Source: a candidate division WOR-3 bacterium
GTDB lineage: Bacteria > Hydrothermota > Tepidihabitantia > Tepidihabitantales > Tepidihabitantaceae
DNA: 12,305 nt
Assembly: GCA_016935295.1 (NCBI GenBank)
Contig: JAFGRF010000339.1
Span: 1-12,305, forward strand
Direction: 5' to 3'
The notes beneath the pieces were generated by a model, which saw only the letters and a list, made by a program, of their open reading frames with translations, searched no databases and was not told where the DNA came from. Every line of letters starts with the position of its first letter. Position 1 is the stretch's first letter. Positions 7,231-12,305 of the stretch are shown piece after piece. Position numbers and translations under genes: made by a program.

Positions 7231-8248
7231 ACGCAGGCTGCGGGTTGCCGTAGTCGGATGTGGGACCCAATCCCAGCTTGCTCATATCCCTGCGCTCAAG
7301 CTGAACCCGTCGGTCGAGATCACCGCGCTCTGCGACACCGACGTTCGGAAGCTGAACCAGCTCTGCGCGATTCACAGAATCGAGAAGCACTACGTCGACT
7401 TCGATGACCTGAAGGAAGACGAGGCGATTGACGCCGTCGTAGTCGCCACACCCAACCACCTGCATGCGCCGATGGCCGTGGCGGCGATGCGCTACGGCAA
7501 AGACGTGCTCTGCGAGATGCCACTGGGGCTGAACGCAGCCGAGGTCGAGCAGATGATGGGCTGGGCGGAGCGCGAGAAGCGGAAACTGATGCCGGCGATG
7601 AGCACGCGGCTGCGACCCGACATCCAGACCATCCGCCGGTTCGTCGAGGGCGGCGAACTGGGCGACCTCTACTACTGCAAGACCGGCTGGCTCCAGGGCC
7701 GCGAATCGTGGTCGCTCTCGGGCTGGCGCGGCGAGCGCCTGCGAGCGGGCGGCGGCGCGTTCCTATCGCTGGGCACTGCCCTGCTTGACGCCTCGCTCGC
7801 GCTCCTCTCCCCGCACAAGCCGGTCTCCGTCATCGGCGCGGCCCACCACCGGTCTCCGCATTCCGAAGTCGAGGACACGGCGTTCGCGATGATTCGGTTC
7901 GAACCGGACGTAATGCTCACCGTCGAGGTCGGCTGGTCAATGCTGCAGGAACGGGACCTCACGTTCCTCAACCTGTTCGGCAACGCCGGGGCCGCCCTGC
8001 TCAACCCGACCCAGATTCACAAGGAGATGCACGGGCACCTGGTCAACGTCACACCGCAGATCGCGGCCAAGGACGTTCAACGTTCTTCCTGGCGGATGCT
8101 GGTCGACCTCTGGGTAGAATCGCTGGTCCGCGGTACGCCCGTCCCCATCGACGCGTCCGAGGCACTGACGGTCAGCCGGCTCGCCGACGCGTTCTATCGC
8201 TCCCGTTCGACCCACAGCGAGGTCCCGCTCACATCCGTAGAGTCCTGA
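7190..8248 (+). CDS. Gfo/Idh/MocA-family NAD(P)-dependent oxidoreductase
   Basis: Rossmann N-terminus LRVAVVGCGTQSQLAHIPALK. Family motif AVVVATPNHLHAPMAVAAMRYGKDVLCEMPLG (EKP-like). The GTG at 7190 overlaps the end of purN by 41 nt. An alternative in-frame GTG at 7223 would overlap by 8 nt. Confidence 0.8.
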   Translation: MSASSTSAVRPVPERRLRVAVVGCGTQSQLAHIPALKLNPSVEITALCDTDVRKLNQLCAIHRIEKHYVDFDDLKEDEAIDAVVVATPNHLHAPMAVAAMRYGKDVLCEMPLGLNAAEVEQMMGWAEREKRKLMPAMSTRLRPDIQTIRRFVEGGELGDLYYCKTGWLQGRESWSLSGWRGERLRAGGGAFLSLGTALLDASLALLSPHKPVSVIGAAHHRSPHSEVEDTAFAMIRFEPDVMLTVEVGWSMLQERDLTFLNLFGNAGAALLNPTQIHKEMHGHLVNVTPQIAAKDVQRSSWRMLVDLWVESLVRGTPVPIDASEALTVSRLADAFYRSRSTHSEVPLTSVES

Positions 8249-8439
8249 TCCCGGCCGTTTCGGCCATCTGCCTGGGCGGGCTTGCCTTCGCGCCGTTCCC
8301 GCTGCGGTTTCTGGCCTTCTTTGCACTCGTCCCGCTCTTATGGATTATCCGGGATGCCAGGCCGGGAAGAGCGTTCCTCTGGGGCTGGCTATTCGGCGGA
8401 CTTCTCTTCGCGGCCCACCTCTGGTGGCTCTGGTTCCTG

Positions 8440-9768
8440 GTGGTGCCGGTCGAACCGCTGACGCGGGCACTGCTGAACATCGGCGTGGTTCTGCTCTTTG
8501 CCTACCTCGGCTTGTACGTTGGAGTGTTCGCATGGCTCACTCGGCGCTGGGGACTCTGGGCTGCTCCGCTCATCTGGCCCTTGCTCGAGTTCCTCCGCAC
8601 GAAGTCCCAGATTGGATTCCCCTGGGGCCTGCTCGGGTACTCCATGACGCCGTACGTGCCATTTATCCAGCCGGCGTCTGTCGGCGGGGTCTACCTCGTA
8701 TCGGCGTGGCTGGTGCTTGTGAACGTGCTTGTCTACAAGCTCTACGCTTCACGCTCCACGCCCGACGCCACGGGCATCCGGCATGATGCGTCTGGCGTCA
8801 GGCGTCGCGCGCCATCCTGGCTCGCCCCTGCACTGGGCCTCGCGGCCGCGTTCGCCGCGCCGCTTCTGTTCTCGGCCTTCTACGTCCGACCGCTCAAGCC
8901 GTGGTTCAATGTCGCCATCATCCAGCCCAACGTCTCTCCTTTCGACAAAGGCGACTGGGACTCGCGCGCAAAGATACAGGCGGACCTGACCCGACTTACC
9001 CGGCAGTCAGCCGCGACTCACCCCGACCTCATCCTCTACCCGGAAACGGCGACATTGACCGACGTGACCAGGTCGGAAACGATGGGCCCGGCCATCCGCG
9101 GCCTGGCCGACTCGCTCGGCCTCGAAATATTCACCGGCACGCCGCTCTATGACGAACGCCGCAACTCCTGGCACAACGGCGCAGTGCTCATCCGGCCGGG
9201 TGAACAGCCGATCAGACAGCGCTACTACAAGATCCGGCTCGTGCCGTTCTCGGAGAAGATACCCTACGCCGACGAGCTACCGATCATCCGCCGGATACTC
9301 GGCACCGCCGACATGGGCAACTGGACCCGCGGCCACGACTACACCGTGTTCAACTGGTCACACGGTACCCTTTCCGCACTCATCTGCTTTGAAGCCATCT
9401 TCCCGGACCTCACCCGGGAATTCACGCGGCGCGGGTCGCAACTCCTTGCTGTCGTCACCAATGACGGCTGGTTCGGACGCCTGATGGGAGCACAACAACA
9501 CGCGGAACTGGCCGTTCTGCGCACGGTCGAGAACGGCGTACCCATGATTCGCAGCGCGAACAACGGCATCTCGTTCATCGTCGACCCCTACGGCCGGATT
9601 CTCGACAGGACCCAGCTCTTCGTGCAGACCGTTCTCGCGGGCGAGATTCCTGAGCCGCTCGCGCTGACCCTCTACCGTCGCTATGGTGACTGGTTCATGC
9701 TTGCCTGTCTGCTGGGGCTGGTCGCAGGGCTTCTCGTCCTCCGAGTCAGAATCCGACGAAGTCGCTAG
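8440..9768 (+). CDS. lnt: Apolipoprotein N-acyltransferase; coordinates as called from the first canonical start, true N-terminus probably ~65-70 codons upstream
   Basis: CN-hydrolase domain with the Lnt triad context: ILYPETA (Glu), KIRLVPFSEKIPY (Lys), ALICFEAIF (Cys), plus NDGWFG and a C-terminal TM. The same frame is open upstream back to a TAG at 8116-8118. It encodes Lnt-like TM helices (LAFAPFPLRFLAFFALVPLLWIIRD...FLWGWLFGGLLFAAHLWWLWF) but contains no ATG/GTG/TTG before 8440. Confidence 0.8.
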   Translation: MVPVEPLTRALLNIGVVLLFAYLGLYVGVFAWLTRRWGLWAAPLIWPLLEFLRTKSQIGFPWGLLGYSMTPYVPFIQPASVGGVYLVSAWLVLVNVLVYKLYASRSTPDATGIRHDASGVRRRAPSWLAPALGLAAAFAAPLLFSAFYVRPLKPWFNVAIIQPNVSPFDKGDWDSRAKIQADLTRLTRQSAATHPDLILYPETATLTDVTRSETMGPAIRGLADSLGLEIFTGTPLYDERRNSWHNGAVLIRPGEQPIRQRYYKIRLVPFSEKIPYADELPIIRRILGTADMGNWTRGHDYTVFNWSHGTLSALICFEAIFPDLTREFTRRGSQLLAVVTNDGWFGRLMGAQQHAELAVLRTVENGVPMIRSANNGISFIVDPYGRILDRTQLFVQTVLAGEIPEPLALTLYRRYGDWFMLACLLGLVAGLLVLRVRIRRSR

Positions 9769-9850
9769 CCCCCACCAGGACCCGACGCCCGAATATGGAC
9801 GCAGATCCGGTCATGACATTTGTCCTTTGTAATCTGGAATTCGTCCTTTC

Positions 9851-10408
9851 CTAGTGTGTGTACTTCCCCATCAGGCTCGCCCTGGCGAGCACGTGCCCTT
9901 TCACAGCTTCGAGCAGTCGACCCGCGGTCGCCGTTTCGTCAAGAGTAAGCACTCCGTCGAGCGCGTAGAGCTCGAAGTAGTAGCGATGGGTGCCGCCTGG
10001 CGGCCTCGGCCCGTCGTATCCGACATGGCGGAAGCTGTTCGTACCCTGTGTGCCGCCCATGGGCAGCGCAGGATCCCGCCCGATCCCCTCGGGCAGGCTT
10101 CGCACGTTTTCGGGTACGTTGAACAAGACCCAGTGGTAGAACGTGCCACCCGGCGCATCCGGGTCGCGGCAGACCAGTGCAAAGCCCTTGGTGGCTTCGG
10201 GTGCCCTCTCCCATGCGAGGTCGGGCGAGATGTTCTCTCCGTACAGGCTGTAGCGCTTCGGAATCGAATCCCCGGCCGCGAACGAACCGCTCGAGAGCAC
10301 CATGCCGGTCGAATCCGACTGCACGGCCGCCGTCCCGCGCTCGGACGGCCCGCCACAGGCCAGTATCATCGCTGTCGCCATGCACGCCGGTAGTATCAGT
10401 GGTTTCAC
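9851..10408 (-). CDS. PEBP-family (YbhB/YbcL, Raf-kinase-inhibitor-like) lipoprotein
   Basis: Start GTG (complement of 10406-10408), preceded by RBS AAGGAGGTG with a 7-nt spacer. The track ORF extends 17 codons further 5' with no RBS. Lipoprotein-type signal VKPLILPACMATAMILAC|GG. PEBP signature motifs CRDPDAPGGTFYHWVLFNVP and GTHRYYFELYALD. Confidence 0.75.
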   Translation of the reverse strand: MKPLILPACMATAMILACGGPSERGTAAVQSDSTGMVLSSGSFAAGDSIPKRYSLYGENISPDLAWERAPEATKGFALVCRDPDAPGGTFYHWVLFNVPENVRSLPEGIGRDPALPMGGTQGTNSFRHVGYDGPRPPGGTHRYYFELYALDGVLTLDETATAGRLLEAVKGHVLARASLMGKYTH

Positions 10409-10475
10409 GATTCCACCTCCTTGCTCCAGACTAGTCCGATTCGGCAGTCTGTCCAGCACAACTCACGTCGAGATG

Positions 10476-10503
10476 TTGACCGCTAACCGAACGAAGCTAT
10501 AGT
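10476..10503 (+). promoter_or_regulatory. sigma70-like promoter TTGACC-16nt-TATAGT immediately upstream of the hydrolase ATG
   Basis: -35 TTGACC at 10476-10481, 16-nt spacer, -10 TATAGT at 10498-10503. The ATG at 10513 would then be 2-4 nt from the predicted TSS. Confidence 0.45.
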
Positions 10504-10512
10504 CAGGACACG

Positions 10513-12305
10513 ATGAGAAGACATGTGCTGGCCGTCCTGCTCGCAGCCCTGTCATCGGCATCGGCTCTACCCGGCCTCGCCGACACAATCGGAATCAGGG
10601 AATGGCTGGTGTGCGGACCGTTCCCGGTCGGAACTCGCGAGGGCATAATCGGATTCGTCGATGACCCGTTGACCTTCAGACCGCAAGAAGGAGACACCTT
10701 TCGATCCGCCATGGTCCAGGGTGGAATCACCGCCTGCCGCAAGGTCCAGGTCGATACCAATGGCTGGCTGAACACCGACTACCAGAACGTGCGCTGGGAC
10801 ACGCTGCAGGACTACTATGGGAATGTAGGCGTGGCCTGCGCCGGCTTCGCGTACGCCGAGTTCGACCGCCAGCAGGCCTGTTGCGCCCTTGCACTCGCAC
10901 CGAAAATCGGCGGATTCGTGCTCAATGGCACGGGCTACACTGGCGACGTCTATGGCAATGGCTGGTTTCAGGTACCGGTTCAGCTCGACTCCGGCGTGAA
11001 CCGTGTGCTTCTGCGCGTCTCCGGTTACGGCGACCAGCGGGTTCGTTTCCTGCTCGTACCGCCGACCGGGCGCTTCGCAATCGTGACAAAGGACATCACC
11101 GCTCCCGACCTGATCGCCGACTCGAGCCTCAACAGCTGGCTAGGCATCCCGGTCCAGAACGAGACCCAGGATGCGCTTGACACGGTCGCTTTGGCGGTGC
11201 TTCTACCGTCTGGAGACACCGCCGGACAGACGCGCGTCACGGGAGTGCCAGGCTCGGGCGTACTCAAGGTACCTGTCAGAATCTCGATTCCGGCCATGCC
11301 CCTCGACACTGCCGGCGTCGCGCTGGTGGTCAAATCCCGGTGCGCCGGTGACTCGTGCTCGGACACAATCCGGTTGCGCATCCGCCGGCCGGAGCAATCC
11401 CGGAAGGTCACGTTCATATCGTCGATTGACGGTTCGTGCCAGTACTACTCGGTGCTCTACCCCAAGGACTACGACCCGACAGAGCGCTATGCCCTGATTC
11501 TGTCCCTGCACGGTGCAGGCGTCGAGGCATCAGGCCAGGCCGATGCCTACAAACCCAAAGACTGGGCGTTCGTCGTCACACCGACCAATCGTCGCCCATT
11601 CGGATTTGACTGGCAGGACTGGGGCAGGCTCGATGCCATGGAGGTGCTGGACCTGACGCTGACGACCCTGCCGGTCGACCGCGACCGGGTGCTGCTCACC
11701 GGCCATTCAATGGGCGGTCACGGCACGTGGCACGTCGGTCTCGCCCACCCCGACCGCTTCGCAGCAGCCGCGCCAGAGGCGGGTTGGCCCGACATCCAGC
11801 TCTATGTGCCGCTGTTCTTGCAGCGGACTGCCATCTTCGCCGACCCGGCACAAGTCGCAGTGCGCGACATGGCGATGCGGCCTGACATCACACCGGCGAT
11901 GCTCGCGAACGCCCTCAACCTGCCGCTCTACATCCTCCACGGAGGCGACGACGACAATGTACCCGCCTATCACGGCCGGAACTTCGCCGAGTGGCTGAAG
12001 GAACTGTCGGACAGGGATCGCCAAGGCCAACTGGACTATCGCTTCACCTACAAAGAGGTACCCGGCCGGCCGCACTGGTGGAGCTATGAGGATGGGCTGA
12101 GCTGCGTCGACGACACCGACCTGATGGCGTTTCTTGAGGCGCAGAAGCGCGACCCCGGGCCGCGTCACATCCGCTTCCGCACCGCTGACGTCGGCCAGTC
12201 GAACCGTAGCTACTGGGTGGTAGTGGAACGCGTGCGCACGGTCGGCCGAGATTCGGACATCGAGGCCTGGGCCTCAGACTCGATCATCTCGGTCAGCACC
12301 GCGAA
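10513..12305 (+). CDS. 3'-partial secreted alpha/beta-hydrolase (prolyl-oligopeptidase/S9-like esterase-peptidase fold) with a ~300-aa N-terminal beta-rich domain. Not present in the supplied ORF track
   Basis: Translated by hand codon by codon from the ATG at 10513 to 12305 with no stop (>=597 aa). Signal peptide MRRHVLAVLLAALSSASALPGLA. Nucleophile elbow LLTGHSMGGHGTW (GxSxG), acid motif YILHGGDDDNVPAYHG, and a His in RPHWW. The PHB-depolymerase/S9-like stretch YYSVLYPKDYDPTERYALILSLHGAG lies upstream. Confidence 0.75.
   Translation, partial: MRRHVLAVLLAALSSASALPGLADTIGIREWLVCGPFPVGTREGIIGFVDDPLTFRPQEGDTFRSAMVQGGITACRKVQVDTNGWLNTDYQNVRWDTLQDYYGNVGVACAGFAYAEFDRQQACCALALAPKIGGFVLNGTGYTGDVYGNGWFQVPVQLDSGVNRVLLRVSGYGDQRVRFLLVPPTGRFAIVTKDITAPDLIADSSLNSWLGIPVQNETQDALDTVALAVLLPSGDTAGQTRVTGVPGSGVLKVPVRISIPAMPLDTAGVALVVKSRCAGDSCSDTIRLRIRRPEQSRKVTFISSIDGSCQYYSVLYPKDYDPTERYALILSLHGAGVEASGQADAYKPKDWAFVVTPTNRRPFGFDWQDWGRLDAMEVLDLTLTTLPVDRDRVLLTGHSMGGHGTWHVGLAHPDRFAAAAPEAGWPDIQLYVPLFLQRTAIFADPAQVAVRDMAMRPDITPAMLANALNLPLYILHGGDDDNVPAYHGRNFAEWLKELSDRDRQGQLDYRFTYKEVPGRPHWWSYEDGLSCVDDTDLMAFLEAQKRDPGPRHIRFRTADVGQSNRSYWVVVERVRTVGRDSDIEAWASDSIISVSTA

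Noticed and set aside
9796-9840. Palindrome gtcatgac and a short hairpin gaca-tt-tgtc followed by a T-rich stretch, between the convergent lnt and PEBP genes
   Set aside because: The stems are too short and AT-poor for a confident terminator call. Possibly a weak bidirectional terminator, but unsupported.
9854-10393. 179-aa + strand ORF opposite the PEBP gene, plus antisense ORFs 9901..10356 and 9939..10385
   Set aside because: Shadow frames. The - strand PEBP reading has the diagnostic DPDAP...HW and HRYxFxLYALD motifs, and a GTG start with RBS.
10431-10438. gactagtc 8-bp palindrome in the divergent PEBP/hydrolase promoter region
   Set aside because: A single short palindrome with no partner half-sites. 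It could be an operator, but there is no evidence beyond chance.

Overview
High-GC (~65%) bacterial window, apparently ordinary chromosomal DNA. A T9SS cargo gene at the 5' edge points to an FCB-group, Gemmatimonadota-like lineage. Nine protein-coding genes plus one partial gene at the 3' end are supported. (1) 5'-truncated kelch-like beta-propeller protein ending in a T9SS C-terminal sorting domain. (2) A cytoplasmic, internally duplicated S41-family peptidase homolog in which neither S41 core retains the Ser/Lys catalytic dyad; its stop overlaps (TGATG) the start of (3) a TrmB-family wHTH regulator. (4) A Lys/Asp/Glu-rich secreted coiled-coil protein (- strand). (5) An SPFH/Band-7 membrane protein (- strand). 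(6) purN. (7) A Gfo/Idh/MocA oxidoreductase. (8) lnt, whose conserved N-terminal transmembrane region lies in frame upstream of any canonical start codon. (9) A PEBP (YbhB/YbcL) lipoprotein (- strand). (10) A secreted S9-like alpha/beta-hydrolase ORF running off the 3' end of the window. The supplied ORF track does not list this ORF because it has no stop in the window. Near-consensus sigma70 promoters sit immediately upstream of the purN and hydrolase start codons, consistent with leaderless transcripts. The S41-like gene carries two 28-bp blocks of 4x heptamer repeats (CCRCAAG), 708 bp apart. No CRISPR array, RNA gene or mobile element was seen. Most of the many antisense ORFs in the track are high-GC shadow frames.
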